Notes: generated from the letters alone by a model not told the origin. Positions 47,938-58,776 are shown, counted from the stretch's first letter. The stretch is 64,000 bases of DNA from Longimicrobiales bacterium (GCA_965197725.1 CBDANQ010000061.1:32001-96000); one strand, 5' to 3'. A program made the numbers and translations.

Positions 47938-50070
47938 TCAACCCAAGAGCCCCTGGATCACGTGCACGAGCCACGATGTGGACTGCGCGTCCACCTCTAT
48001 GCCGTGATGAGCCGCGAACCACGGTGCGAGCACGAGCGACACCACGCTCATGAGCTTGATGAGGATGTTCAGCGACGGGCCCGAAGTGTCCTTGAACGGA
48101 TCACCCACGGTGTCACCGATGACCGCCGCCATGTGCGGATCGGAGCCCTTTCCGCCGTATGCACCACCCTCGATGTACTTCTTCGCGTTGTCCCACGCAC
48201 CACCGGAGTTGGCCATGAAGAGGGCCATGAGCACGCCGGTCACCAGCGCGCCGGCGAGCATGCCTCCGAGCGCGGTCACACCCATGAAGTACCCGACGAT
48301 GACCGGCGCCAGTACGGCGGTGAGTCCGGGCAGGATCATTTCGCGTAGCGCAGCCTGCGTCGAGATATCGATGCAGCGCGCCGAGTCCGGTTTCGCGGTG
48401 CCTTCCAGGATGCCCGGGATCTCCCTGAACTGTCGGCGTACCTCGTCCACCATGCCCTGAGCCGCTCGACCCACCGCCGTCATCGTGAGCGCGGCCACGA
48501 AGAACGGCAGCATACCACCGATGAACAGGCCGATCACCACGATCGGATCGATGATGTCGATGCCGGTCTCCTGCAGTCCCACACTGGCCGAGTAGGCCGA
48601 GAAGAGCGCGAGCGCCGTGAGCGCGGCAGAGCCGATAGCGAAGCCTTTGCCTATGGCGGCCGTCGTATTGCCGATCGCGTCGAGCGAGTCGGTGATCTCG
48701 CGGGTCTCCGGCCCCAGGCCGCTCATCTCGCTGATGCCACCCGCATTGTCGGCGATCGGCCCGTACGCGTCGACGGTCATCGTCACGCCCACGGTCGCGA
48801 GCATCCCGACCGCGGAGATGCCGATGCCGTACAGACCGGCAAACTGGAATGACGTCCCGATCGCCACACAGATCAGGATGACGGGGACCACCGTCGACTC
48901 CATGCCAACCGCGAGACCGGCAATGAGGTTCGTCGCCGCACCCGTCTGGCTCGCCTCCGCAATCTTCCGTACGGGACCCGCCGCCGTGTAGTACTGTGTC
49001 ACCATGCCTATGAGGATGCCTGCCATCGTACCGGCAACGATCGCGATCCATGGACCGGTCGCTCCGTAGGTGACCCCCGCATCGGTCGTGTACGTGATGC
49101 GCATGGCCTGAACGACGAAGTACATCGTGCCGAGGAAAAGGCCGCCGGCGATCCAGGTCGTGCCGTGTAGGGCGCGGGAAGCATCGCGTTTCTCGAGCAT
49201 CTTCATAGCCCCGATGCCCACCAGCGACGCGATGAGCCCGACCATCACCGTGACGAGCGGCAGCGCGACCGCGGCAGCACGATTCTCCGCCATCGCGGAG
49301 GCCGTGGCGCCGATCGCGATCGTGGCCACGATCGAGCCCACGTACGACTCGAAGATATCCGCCCCCATACCCGCCACGTCGCCGACGTTGTCACCGACAT
49401 TGTCCGCGATCGTGGCAGGGTTTCGCGGATCGTCCTCGGGGATGCCGGCCTCGAGCTTTCCGACCAGGTCGGCACCGACGTCCGCTGCCTTTGTGTAGAT
49501 ACCGCCGCCGACGCGTGCGAAGAGGGCGATCGAGCTCGCGCCCATCGCGAAGCCGGAGACGATCTTGGCGAAGCCCGAGAACTCACCCGTGCCCGGCACC
49601 GCGTCCGCGGCGAAGACTAGATAGAGCACGCCAAGGCCGAGCAGGCCGAGCGACGCCACAGCGAGACCCATGACGGCTCCGCCGAAGAAGGCGATGCGTA
49701 GCGCCTTGCCCTGACCCTCCTCGTTGGCCGCGGCCGCGGTCCTCGTATTCGCCCGAGTGGCGGCCTTCATGCCCGCGAAACCGGCCGCGACCGAGCTCAA
49801 AGCGCCGAAGACGTACGCAAGCGCCGGGGTCGTGCCGATTCCCGGCGCCAGGCTCAACAGAATCGCCACGACGACGACGAAGCCCGCCAACACGCTGTAC
49901 TCGCGCCGGAGGAACGTCATCGCGCCGTCGTGGATCTGCTCCCCGATGTCGATCATGACGTCGGTCCCGGCCGGCTGCTTTTTCACGTAGCCGTAGGTAG
50001 CCGCCGCGATGCCGAGGCCCACGAGGCCAAGGATCCAGGCGAAGTCGGTGAATGCCACGAAGTCGGTCAT
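47938..50070 (-). CDS. hppA: Membrane pyrophosphatase, K+-dependent, probably Na+-translocating
   Basis: [26 protein letters not shown] (TM6 Glu), GNTTAA (Ala indicates K+-dependent), [10 protein letters not shown]. Confidence 0.93.
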   Translation of the reverse strand: MTDFVAFTDFAWILGLVGLGIAAATYGYVKKQPAGTDVMIDIGEQIHDGAMTFLRREYSVLAGFVVVVAILLSLAPGIGTTPALAYVFGALSSVAAGFAGMKAATRANTRTAAAANEEGQGKALRIAFFGGAVMGLAVASLGLLGLGVLYLVFAADAVPGTGEFSGFAKIVSGFAMGASSIALFARVGGGIYTKAADVGADLVGKLEAGIPEDDPRNPATIADNVGDNVGDVAGMGADIFESYVGSIVATIAIGATASAMAENRAAAVALPLVTVMVGLIASLVGIGAMKMLEKRDASRALHGTTWIAGGLFLGTMYFVVQAMRITYTTDAGVTYGATGPWIAIVAGTMAGILIGMVTQYYTAAGPVRKIAEASQTGAATNLIAGLAVGMESTVVPVILICVAIGTSFQFAGLYGIGISAVGMLATVGVTMTVDAYGPIADNAGGISEMSGLGPETREITDSLDAIGNTTAAIGKGFAIGSAALTALALFSAYSASVGLQETGIDIIDPIVVIGLFIGGMLPFFVAALTMTAVGRAAQGMVDEVRRQFREIPGILEGTAKPDSARCIDISTQAALREMILPGLTAVLAPVIVGYFMGVTALGGMLAGALVTGVLMALFMANSGGAWDNAKKYIEGGAYGGKGSDPHMAAVIGDTVGDPFKDTSGPSLNILIKLMSVVSLVLAPWFAAHHGIEVDAQSTSWLVHVIQGLLG

Positions 50071-50113
50071 CGATTCGGTCTTCCTGTTTTCCGTTGTTCG
50101 TAAGAACTCTCGT

Positions 50114-50677
50114 CTATCGGTTGAAGCTGTTCATCGCCGCTTCACTCCCGTCGTTGATCCACAGCTCCACGGCTTCGGTCAACTCGGGTAACAAAGCAAC
50201 CACTATGTCTTCATCTCCCTCAGGCATCTCCGAGAGAACCCAGTCTGAAAGGTCCGCCCCATCCGGCTTGAGCCCCACGCCGATCCGGAGTCGCGCGTAG
50301 TCGTTGGACTGCAGCGCACCCGAGATGGACTTGAGCCCGTTGTGTCCGCCCGCCCCGCCCTCGGGGCGGAAGCGAACGCGACCCACGTGCAACGCGGCGT
50401 CGTCGACGACGATCAGGAGGTCCTCGCTCGCGTCGAACGACTCGAGGGTCTGGAGTGGCCGTAGCGACAACCCGCTTCGATTCATGTAGGTCGTGGGCTT
50501 CATGACACGCACCGGCGTCCCGCCCACGGTCCCTTCCGTGACGAAGGCCCGACCCTCGCGCTTGAAGAAGTCGAACCCCCAGTCGTAGGCGAGTCGGTCC
50601 GCGACCCACCATCCGACGTTGTGCCGACTGGTATCGTGCTCAGGCCCGGGATTCCCGAGCCCGATCACGACTTTCAT
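50114..50677 (-). CDS. pth: Peptidyl-tRNA hydrolase
   Basis: [31 protein letters not shown]. Confidence 0.96.
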   Translation of the reverse strand: MKVVIGLGNPGPEHDTSRHNVGWWVADRLAYDWGFDFFKREGRAFVTEGTVGGTPVRVMKPTTYMNRSGLSLRPLQTLESFDASEDLLIVVDDAALHVGRVRFRPEGGAGGHNGLKSISGALQSNDYARLRIGVGLKPDGADLSDWVLSEMPEGDEDIVVALLPELTEAVELWINDGSEAAMNSFNR

Positions 50678-50698
50678 GTGCGCCACGAGAACGAGGGA

Positions 50699-51394
50699 TC
50701 AGCCCTCGTCTTCTTGGGAGTCGTCGGCCTCGTCCGAACCCTCGGCCGCAGGTGCACCGTCCTCCAGTTCCTCGCCTTCGAGTTCCTCGCCTTCGAGCAG
50801 CTCCTCTTCCTCTTCGGGCTCCTCGATCACCTTCGGAATCGCCACGGAGCAGAGCGTGCGCTTCTGCTCGACGGTAACCTCGACGCCTTCCTCGAACTCG
50901 ATGTCGTAGACGTGCAGGGACTCGTTGACGTCCAAGTGCGTCACATCGATGTCGATGGATTGCGGGATCTTCGACGGAATGCAACGCACCGGGAGGTCGT
51001 GGATGATCTGCTCCAGCACGCCGCCGCTGTTCTTCACGCCCTCCGGAATACCCAGGAGCTGTACGGGCACGTTGACGTCCACCGTGATACCCTCCTGGAT
51101 CCGAAGGAAGTCGACATGGATCAGCAACTGCCTCAAGGGATGCACCTGGATCTCTCGAATGAGCGTCTGGTACGCCTTCTCCTCCCCCTCGACGGCGAGG
51201 TCCACGATCGTGTTGTCCACGCTGATCGAGTGGAAGAGCTGTTCCGCCTCTCTTGTGTCCAGAGAGAGATGAACCGGTTCGAGCTCTCGGCCATAGAGAA
51301 CCGCCGGGACTCGCCCTGCGGCGCGGAGTTTACGCGCAACGCCCTTGCCGGTGCCTTCCCGTTTCTGGGCGGGTAAAGTCGCTGTGTTCGCCAT
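50699..51394 (-). CDS. rplY: 50S ribosomal protein bL25/Ctc
   Basis: GKGVARKLR..GRVPAVLYG, HVDF, G.PEGVK.GG. Confidence 0.94.
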   Translation of the reverse strand: MANTATLPAQKREGTGKGVARKLRAAGRVPAVLYGRELEPVHLSLDTREAEQLFHSISVDNTIVDLAVEGEEKAYQTLIREIQVHPLRQLLIHVDFLRIQEGITVDVNVPVQLLGIPEGVKNSGGVLEQIIHDLPVRCIPSKIPQSIDIDVTHLDVNESLHVYDIEFEEGVEVTVEQKRTLCSVAIPKVIEEPEEEEELLEGEELEGEELEDGAPAAEGSDEADDSQEDEG

Positions 51395-51444
51395 TTGTCT
51401 CCCCTCTGATGATCGGCCCCCGGGCTCTCCCGGGGCCCTTTCCC

Positions 51445-52410
51445 TCAGTCGTCTGGCGGAGTCTCGAAGAGTTGACTCACCGACTCGTTCGAATGCACGT
51501 GGTCGATCGCCTTCGCCAAGAGGCCCGCTACCGAGAGCACCTTGAGCTTCTCGAACCTCTTCTCCTCCGGTATGTGGATCGTGTTCGTCACAATCACTTC
51601 CTCCACGGGCGCCTCCTGCAGACGCTGCGCGGCGCCATCCGAGAGCAGCGGGTGCGTCGCGGCCGCATACACGACCTCGGCTCCCCGGTCCTTCAAGGCG
51701 CGGATCGCGGTGGACAAGGAGCCACCCGTATCCACCATATCGTCGACGAGGAGGCATGCCTTGCCCTCCACCTCACCGACCACGTTCATCACTTCCGACA
51801 GGTTCGCTTTCGGGCGCCGCTTGTCGATGATCGCGAACGCGGCACCCAACCGTTTCGCGTATCCCCGGGCCATCTTAGCCGCACCTACGTCAGGCGAGAC
51901 GACGACAAGGTCATTCAGGCCCAGGTCGCCGAAGTATTTCGTCAGGACCGGAGCCGCATACATGTGATCCACTGGGATGTCGAAGAACCCCTGAATCTGA
52001 TGCTGGTGGAAGTCGATCGAGATCACGCGATCCGTACCGGCCGCAACCACTAGATTCGCCGCGAGCTTCGCGCCGATCGCCACACGCGGCTGATCCTTCC
52101 TGTCCTGCCGGCCGTAGCCGAAGTACGGGATCACCGCGGTGACCCGCGCCGCCGACGCCCGCTTCGCGGCGTCGATCAGCAGGCACAACTCCATGATGTT
52201 GTCGGCCGGAGCCGACGTGGGCTGGAGGATGAATACGTCCCGACCACGCACGTCGTGGTCGATTCGCACGAAGATCTCCCCGTCCGCGAACTCCTTGACC
52301 GTCGCCCCATCGGGCGACATCCCAATCCTGTCACCGATCTCCGCGGACAGCGCTCGATTGGCTCGCCCACTGAGCAGAAGAAGGGAGCCCCGCATGTACG
52401 TGTCGTCCAT
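51445..52410 (-). CDS. prs: Ribose-phosphate pyrophosphokinase
   Basis: FADGE, PYFGYGRQDRK, VSPDVG, VDDMVDTGGS. Confidence 0.96.
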   Translation of the reverse strand: MDDTYMRGSLLLLSGRANRALSAEIGDRIGMSPDGATVKEFADGEIFVRIDHDVRGRDVFILQPTSAPADNIMELCLLIDAAKRASAARVTAVIPYFGYGRQDRKDQPRVAIGAKLAANLVVAAGTDRVISIDFHQHQIQGFFDIPVDHMYAAPVLTKYFGDLGLNDLVVVSPDVGAAKMARGYAKRLGAAFAIIDKRRPKANLSEVMNVVGEVEGKACLLVDDMVDTGGSLSTAIRALKDRGAEVVYAAATHPLLSDGAAQRLQEAPVEEVIVTNTIHIPEEKRFEKLKVLSVAGLLAKAIDHVHSNESVSQLFETPPDD

Positions 52411-52509
52411 CTTTGCCGAGGCTTGAAGTCCGATCCTACGAGACACGATCTAGAGAGCGCGAAAAGCTAGAAAGGACACGCGAAGGGGTCAACGCGTCAT
52501 CATCGGCTC

Positions 52510-54324
52510 TCATCTCTCTCGGACCGTGAACCGGCGGCTTGTGACAACTTCGGATCTGCCCGCGGTCCTGAGGGTGACCTGCACCTCGTACGCCCCTGGG
52601 TCGAGGCGATGCAAATTGAGGTCGAGGTACCGGAACAGTGGACTCGGCTGGTCGGGGCCCGGCTCTTCCCATGCGAGCGAGACCCGCCGAGGCCCGGCAC
52701 TCACGCGCAAGAACTCCCCGATCCGACGGAAGAGGCTTCGGTCGACCCGGTTCACCGTCACCTCGAAAACGAGTGTCTCGGGCCGGAATCCCAGTCCGGA
52801 GACTTCCCAGCCGATCGCGAACGTCTGGCCACGCGGGACCTCGGTCCGGAGGAGCGCCAGCGGTATCGCGGCCTCGAGCAGCCCCGGAGGATCTGGGGTC
52901 GGTCTCAACATCAAGAGATCGGAGAGGGCGGCAATGTCTTCTGGGACACGCCGATGCTCGATCCCTTGGCGGTATCGACCTGCACGTCGCTGAGAGGGGC
53001 TCCACGCCTCCGTCGCGACCACGTACGAACCGACCGGCGCGTCCAGGGTCAGCACGCCGTCGGTGCCCGCAAGCGAGCGGTTGGATCGGAGCGGTGTCCG
53101 GTCCACGGATACGAGAAAGAGCCCGCCACGATCCCTCATGTCCTCCTGTGCGCCCGCCTCCAGCCAGGGCAGGTCATGGCGGTGGCCGGCATGGACCGTC
53201 GTGTCCTCCGGTAGGAAGTGCGTGCCCACTACGATCATGCGATCACCCCTCGGAAAGACCGCCAGCTGGCCTTCCATCGGAAGCAGTTGTGGAGCGTACG
53301 CGGGCGCGTATAGGCTCGGAGGACGCCGCTTGTCCGCGAGCAGGTCCTCGTGCGTCGCCCGCCCAGGGGAAGCGAGCGCAGCTCCGGAGGGCATGTAGTC
53401 CCTCCGCTCGGGGTGCTTGCGGCCGATGACGTTGTCCCCGGCCCGCGTGCTCCGCCGGTCGAGCGATCGTTGCCACGCGATCTCCCACCCGAAACGCACG
53501 GTCAACTGCTCGATGTCGTTGCCCCACCTGATGTGGAACGGGTTCCGAGCCCGCTCCCTGAGCGTCGACACCGTCCAGCGAGCGTAGTGCGCGGTCTTGC
53601 GATCATTCCCGTCGACGAGATACAGGGGATCCGACAGCATCCACAGACGGCTCAAGACCGCGTCGACGGAGTCATTGGGGGCTCGCTTCAACCCGTCGAG
53701 TATCCGGCGCGAATCCCCGTCCACCTCCCCGCGAGGAATCCGCCACTCCTGTGCTCGCTCCGCCTCCATCAATAGGAGTGAGCGCTCGAAGGCCGCCTCC
53801 GCTTCCGGGTACCGTTGGAGCCCGTGCAGCGCGAAGCCCCGCAGCGCCGCACACCACCATGGCTCCACCGCACCACACGCCCGGCCGACGCGTAACGCTT
53901 CTTCCCATCGGCCCGCCTCCGAGCGATACCAGACGCGCTGCCCGAGCACCCACCCGTCGCCAGGAAGGTGACGCTGCACGGAGTCCAGAACCGTGAGCAA
54001 CGCCCGTCGCAGGTCCTCTACCTCCGGGGGCTCGGGCTGCGGGTACCAGTCCCCTTCATCGTACCAGGAGCAGAAACGGCCGATGCGCTCGTCGCACGCG
54101 TCGGTGAACGAGACGCTCGTGATGGGGAGGTGCTGAAGACGACGGCGTTCGTACTGGGCCTGTGCGCTGCGCGCGCGTCCGCGAAGGTGGGAGGAGTCGG
54201 GGGCGAGAGTCGATGTGTCCGGGACTCCGGACACGACTTGCGCGTCCCCAGTGGTCGGCGCCAGGAGGAGTGCGAGCAGGAGGGCGAAGGTGTATGGGAT
54301 GAGTCTAGCCGAAATGCTCCACAC
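52510..54324 (-). CDS. Exported hypothetical protein (TPR-like + GWxTD-like core + C-terminal beta domain)
   Basis: Signal peptide; CDERIGRFC and C...WWC; LW..SDP.Y...GNDR..AHYAR; LSDLLML...L.PGAY.V.V. Confidence 0.6.
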   Translation of the reverse strand: MWSISARLIPYTFALLLALLLAPTTGDAQVVSGVPDTSTLAPDSSHLRGRARSAQAQYERRRLQHLPITSVSFTDACDERIGRFCSWYDEGDWYPQPEPPEVEDLRRALLTVLDSVQRHLPGDGWVLGQRVWYRSEAGRWEEALRVGRACGAVEPWWCAALRGFALHGLQRYPEAEAAFERSLLLMEAERAQEWRIPRGEVDGDSRRILDGLKRAPNDSVDAVLSRLWMLSDPLYLVDGNDRKTAHYARWTVSTLRERARNPFHIRWGNDIEQLTVRFGWEIAWQRSLDRRSTRAGDNVIGRKHPERRDYMPSGAALASPGRATHEDLLADKRRPPSLYAPAYAPQLLPMEGQLAVFPRGDRMIVVGTHFLPEDTTVHAGHRHDLPWLEAGAQEDMRDRGGLFLVSVDRTPLRSNRSLAGTDGVLTLDAPVGSYVVATEAWSPSQRRAGRYRQGIEHRRVPEDIAALSDLLMLRPTPDPPGLLEAAIPLALLRTEVPRGQTFAIGWEVSGLGFRPETLVFEVTVNRVDRSLFRRIGEFLRVSAGPRRVSLAWEEPGPDQPSPLFRYLDLNLHRLDPGAYEVQVTLRTAGRSEVVTSRRFTVRER

Positions 54325-54338
54325 GAGGGATCGAACGA

Positions 54339-54409
54339 TTGGCCCGGGTGGACTCGAACCACCACCGCCGGTGCCAAAGACCGGTGTCCTGCCATTAGAC
54401 GACGGGCCA
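54339..54409 (-). tRNA. tRNA-Gln(UUG)
   Basis: TGGCCCG acceptor stem, CCGGT-CTTTGGC-ACCGG anticodon arm, GGTGGTTCGAGTCCACC T-arm; CCA not encoded. Confidence 0.96.
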
Positions 54410-54466
54410 ATAAGTCAGTACCTACATGGATCCTGCGTAGTTTTCCACATTCGCGCGCCCCCGTTT

Positions 54467-54487
54467 TGGGCACATCTTGGGTACATC
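54467..54487. repeat. Integrase arm-type-like tandem repeat (att arm)
   Basis: TGGGCACATCTTGGGTACATC between tRNA and integrase stop; similar copy at 63054-63072. Confidence 0.55.
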
Positions 54488-55047
54488 ATCCGGTCGCAGG
54501 GGCCTTGAGCGCCCGATCTTCAGCGTCTTGGACAAGTGCCAGGAGAGCATCATCGAGAAGGTGAGTATACCCCATAGTCGTGGCAAGATCAGCGTGACCC
54601 ATCGCCTTTTGCACCAAGACCGGGCTGGCGCCCCCCGCTAGCCAGGTGGTCACTCGCCGATGTCGTAGGTCGTGCTGTCGGAGATCCGCGGGGAGCTCGG
54701 CGCGCGTCACGGCGCTCGCGAATGCCCGGTGGAGGCTCTGGAGCCTGCGGCCGGCCACGGCACCACGTTGAGTCAGGACGTGATGGAATACCCACGGCGA
54801 GCGCTCCCCGTCGTAGGTGGCGAGTCGATAGGACGCAGTGTGGTCGCGTAGGGCCTCCCGAAGCCTCGGCGTCATCGGCACCCGACGCGATTTCCCGCTC
54901 TTCGTTCTCCGGCCCTTTCGGACTGACTCGACGTTGACGAATCCCCTTTCGAAGTCCACGTCCTGCCACCTCAACTACAGCCCTTCACTGTTGCACCGGA
55001 CACTCGTCCCGCCGAGCACGAGCACGTAGAGGCCGAGCATTGGCCCG
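54486..55047 (-). pseudogene. Tyrosine recombinase/integrase, C-terminal catalytic domain only, with internal stop
   Basis: T.VRCNSEGL*LRWQDVD (TAG 54975-54977), KSGK, HDLRH, MGHA...TT..Y; N-terminus missing. Confidence 0.88.
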
Positions 55048-55473
55048 ACCAATCTCAAGTAGATGTCCCGCCTCAGTGTGTCGAGGACGGTACCGTCGAT
55101 CGGATGTGCCTCTGGCCCACCGTTGCTCGTGCCATCGGCGACCAGATCCACGCATTCCGGCGGAGGAATAGATGCTGAGCAACCCTCACAACGCGTGCGG
55201 GCGCTGCCGCCTACAGCATAGGGTTAAGATCGTTTCGTGAATCAGAGAATTCTCCGAGATCGATCCCTAAGCCTACCCGCTCGTTACTATCCCGAGTCCG
55301 TACCCGAGCGCGACTGTTAGCGGCCTTCCAATATTGCACACATGTGGCCATCGAAAATTGCACACTTGGCGCTTTGACCTAGCGGGCGGGAGAGTGGGGA
55401 TGTAGGCACCACCCCGAGCGATCTTCCGGCCGATCCACTCACTTGGCGCCTCCACCGAGAACGTGGAGGTGCA

Positions 55474-56502
55474 ATGATCGGAAGGGAGAAGCGCGTGCTG
55501 CTCCGTCATTACCTCGAGCAGGGGATGAACAAGGCGGTGATCGCCCGGGATCTGGGGGTCAGTCGCCGTACCGTGTACCACTGGATAGAGACCGGTCAAC
55601 TGGACCGGGAGTTGGACGAAGAGCGTGTCGGGTACGGTCCGAGATGTCTGATGCCGTCGAAGCTGGATCCGTACAAGCCGTTGATCGACACGCGTCTCAA
55701 GGAGTACCCGAAGCTCACGGCTGTACGGCTCTTCAAGGAGGTCCGGGCCGCTGGCTACCCGGGCAGTTACAACCAAGTGAAGCGCTATGTACGCAAGGTC
55801 CGGCCTCGACCCCCAGAGGAGCCGGTCGTGCGCTTCGAGACGGCGCCTGGGCGTCAGGGCCAGGTGGACTTCGCCCACTTCCGGCTACCGTGGGGCAAGC
55901 GTTACGCACTAATCGTCGTGCTGGGCTACTCGAGGCTGCTGTGGGTTCAGTTCTACACCCGGCAGACCATGAAGGCCCTGATGCATGGCCTGGAGTCTTC
56001 GTTTTCCTACTTCGGCGGCGTGCCCTCAGAGCTTCTGTTCGACCAAATGAAGGCGGTCGTCATCGAGGACGGTCGATACGACGATGGTGCCCTCGTCGAG
56101 AACCCGGAGTTCATGCGCTACGCCTACCACTGGAACTTCAGGATCCGCGCGTGCCGACCCTATCGGGCTCAGACCAAGGGCAAGGTGGAGCGGCCGATCC
56201 GCTACCTCAGGGAGAGCTTCTTCTACGGGCGCACCTTCACGTCGGACGACGATCTCAACGCGCAGGCCCTTCATTGGCTTGAGACGGAAGCCAATGTGCG
56301 CAGCCACGGAACGCTGAAGGAGCGGCCCCTCGATCGCTTCGAGCGTGAACGACTGCTCCTCGAGCCCTTGGCGACTCGCCCGTATCACCCCCTCGTCCTG
56401 CCTCCGGATCGCTCCTCACCCGGCACGACGTCCTTGCCGGCCATCCACGTCGAGCGACGTCCCCTCACGGCCTATGCCCAGATCGCGGGAGGGGACCGAT
56501 GA
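55474..56502 (+). CDS. istA: IS21 transposase
   Basis: HTH; RFETAPG.Q.QVDF, LGYSR, FDQMK, PYRAQTKGKVER. Confidence 0.95.
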   Translation: MIGREKRVLLRHYLEQGMNKAVIARDLGVSRRTVYHWIETGQLDRELDEERVGYGPRCLMPSKLDPYKPLIDTRLKEYPKLTAVRLFKEVRAAGYPGSYNQVKRYVRKVRPRPPEEPVVRFETAPGRQGQVDFAHFRLPWGKRYALIVVLGYSRLLWVQFYTRQTMKALMHGLESSFSYFGGVPSELLFDQMKAVVIEDGRYDDGALVENPEFMRYAYHWNFRIRACRPYRAQTKGKVERPIRYLRESFFYGRTFTSDDDLNAQALHWLETEANVRSHGTLKERPLDRFERERLLLEPLATRPYHPLVLPPDRSSPGTTSLPAIHVERRPLTAYAQIAGGDR

Positions 56503-57341
56503 AGGCTGCCGCTCGCTCTCGCCGTGACCGGATCCGAGCCCAGCTCGCCGATCTCAAGATGCCCGGTGCGCTGGAGGCCATCGACGACGTCCTCACCGGG
56601 GTCGATGGCGGAGGCGTGACGGCCTCGGAGGCCATCGAGCAACTCCTCGGTGCCCAGATCACGCTGCGCAACAACCGCCGCCTTCAGGCTGCGATGCGCT
56701 CGAGCCGGCTACCGGGCATCAAGACCCTCGACGACTTCGACTTCAGCTTCCAGCCCTCGATCAAGCGCGAGCAGATCGACTCGCTCCACGAGCTCGGCTT
56801 CTTGGAGCGTAAGGAGAACGTGATCTTCCTCGGCCCTCCGGGCGTCGGCAAGACGCATCTCGCGATCAGCCTCGCCATTGCCGCGGCTCAGAGCGGGCGC
56901 AGAGTCTACTACGGCGCTCTGGCCGACCTCATCACCTCGCTCGAAGAAGCCAAGACCACCGGCCAGCTGGGACGCCGCCTCAAGATCCTCACCTATCCTT
57001 CGCTCCTGGTCATCGACGAGATCGGCTACCTGCCGGTCAGCCAGACCGGCGCAATGCTCTTCTTCCAACTCATCAACCGGCGCTATGAGCGCGCATCCAC
57101 TGTGCTGACCTCCAATAAAGGCTTCGAGGAGTGGGGCCAGATCTTGGGCGACGAGGTCATGGCCGCTGCGCTCATCGATCGCCTGCTGCATCACTGCCAT
57201 ATCGTCAACATCCGCGGCAGCAGCTACCGGATGCGCAAGCACACCGACCTCTCCAAGATCCTCCACTCGCCTCCTGCGGAGTCGAGCCCTTCACCCCCGA
57301 AGAGAAAGAGAGCAAGAGCAAAGGAGAAAACGACGAACTAG
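56499..57341 (+). CDS. istB: IS21 helper ATPase
   Basis: GPPGVGKTHLA, LLVIDEIGY, TSNK, DRLLHH. Confidence 0.95.
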   Translation: MKAAARSRRDRIRAQLADLKMPGALEAIDDVLTGVDGGGVTASEAIEQLLGAQITLRNNRRLQAAMRSSRLPGIKTLDDFDFSFQPSIKREQIDSLHELGFLERKENVIFLGPPGVGKTHLAISLAIAAAQSGRRVYYGALADLITSLEEAKTTGQLGRRLKILTYPSLLVIDEIGYLPVSQTGAMLFFQLINRRYERASTVLTSNKGFEEWGQILGDEVMAAALIDRLLHHCHIVNIRGSSYRMRKHTDLSKILHSPPAESSPSPPKRKRARAKEKTTN

Positions 57342-57613
57342 AGGCTCGTCACCTCCCCAAGTGTGCAATTTTCGATGGCCAGACCTGTGCAGCTTTCGAT
57401 GGCCGTTGACACGACTTCTCCGCGGCGGGATTCGTGATGGTTCCGGCGCCATGAGCACACCCCGCATGCCGGGCGGCTAGAACTTCAAAGAGAACGTAAG
57501 CTCCGTCAGCTGCTGCTGTCGGAAACCAACTTTTGGACTCTCACCGTTGGTGTATTTGAGAGACACGCCAGCCAACGTCCCGGTGACCTGCCCCCAAGAG
57601 CGGGTACCACATC

Positions 57614-58501
57614 CTATGTTAGTCCCAGCACCTGTGGAGGGCCGTGAAGGACGGGCATCCTCAAGAACCAGGGCGACGGCTTAATCGCCTCAGGGGCCGG
57701 GGGAAAGCCGCCGCAGGCGCTGTGGGGTCGGACGGTATTGTACTCGCGCCTCCATTGCTCGACCAGCACGGCCGCCTCCGCCAACGAGTAGAAGATCTCC
57801 CCGTTCAACAGCTCGTCCCTGAGCTTGCCGTTGAAGCTCTCGTTGTAGCCGTTCTCCCACGGGCTGCCCGGCTCGATAAAGAGCGTCTCGACGCCCACGC
57901 GCCCCAACCACCGCCGCACGAGCTTCGCGGTGAACTCCGCTCCGTTGTCCGACCTCAGATACTCGGGAGGCCCGTGTCGGACGAACAGATCGGCCAGCAC
58001 CTCGAGCACGTCGTGCGAGCGGATCTTGCGAGCCACCACGATCGCCAGGCACTCCCTCGTGTGCTCGTCCAGCACTGTCAGCAGCTTCAGCGCACGCCCG
58101 TCGTGCGTCCTCGAGGCCACGAAGTCGTACGACCAGACGTGGCCCCGATACAGCGGCCTCAGCCGGATGCACGATCCGTCGTTGAGCCACAGCCGACCTC
58201 GCTTCGGCTGCCGCTGCGGGACCTTCAGCCCCTCCTGCCTCCAGATCCGCTCCACCCGCTTGTGGTGCACCCCCCAGCCCTCGATGCGGAGCATGTCCGT
58301 GACGCGTCGGTAGCCGTAGCGGCCGAATCGACTCGCGAGTCGCACGATATCACCTCGGAGCGCCCCCTCGTCACTCGCCACTTTCCTCGCCCGGCGCTGG
58401 GTCGTGCGTGGCTGCCCGAGCACCCGGCACGCTCTCCTCTCCGACGCCCCGAGCTGCTGACGTACACGCACCACACAACGTCGTCGGCGCTCGGGGCTCA
58501 G
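57614..58501 (-). CDS. IS3 OrfB transposase (rve DDE), expressed via -1 frameshift
   Basis: YGYRR, WSYDF, RSDNG.EF, PWENGY.ESFN, YN..RPHS; GGGAAAC slippery site at 58504-58510. Confidence 0.9.
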   Translation of the reverse strand: MSPERRRRCVVRVRQQLGASERRACRVLGQPRTTQRRARKVASDEGALRGDIVRLASRFGRYGYRRVTDMLRIEGWGVHHKRVERIWRQEGLKVPQRQPKRGRLWLNDGSCIRLRPLYRGHVWSYDFVASRTHDGRALKLLTVLDEHTRECLAIVVARKIRSHDVLEVLADLFVRHGPPEYLRSDNGAEFTAKLVRRWLGRVGVETLFIEPGSPWENGYNESFNGKLRDELLNGEIFYSLAEAAVLVEQWRREYNTVRPHSACGGFPPAPEAIKPSPWFLRMPVLHGPPQVLGLT

Positions 58502-58776
58502 AAGTTTCCCTCGGCTGCTTCCTCCAGGATCAGCTTGTCCAGTGTCAAGTCCGCCACTGCTCGCTTCAGGCGCCCGTTCTCGCGCTCGAGCTCCTTCAGG
58601 CGCCGTGCCTGGCTCACCTTCATCCCGCCGTACTCCCGCCTCCACCGGTAGTACGTCTGCTCGGTGATGCCGAGCTCCCGGCTGATCAGCTTCACGGATT
58701 TGCCGCGGGCCAGACCGACCTCTGCCTCCCGCAGTGCAGTGATGATCTGCTCCGGAGTGGGTCGCTTCCTTCCCAT
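58498..58776 (-). CDS. IS3 OrfA (HTH)
   Basis: PEQII..LREAE, GITEQTYYRWR, LERENGRLKR. Confidence 0.92.
   Translation of the reverse strand: MGRKRPTPEQIITALREAEVGLARGKSVKLISRELGITEQTYYRWRREYGGMKVSQARRLKELERENGRLKRAVADLTLDKLILEEAAEGNF

Larger units (their letters stand above)
55315..57411 (+). mobile_element. IS21-family insertion sequence
   Basis: TGT...ACA ends with repeated GGCCATCGAAAATTGCACAC subterminal motifs; 4-bp target duplication CGAC (55311-55314 / 57412-57415). Confidence 0.93.

Noticed and set aside
50699..51757. 352-aa bL25 with long N-terminal extension
   Set aside because: The extension overlaps prs; GGAG RBS and homology support ATG 51394.
58498..58510. Frameshift between IS3 orfA and orfB
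   Set aside because: Standard programmed -1 frameshift of IS3 elements, not a defect or novelty.
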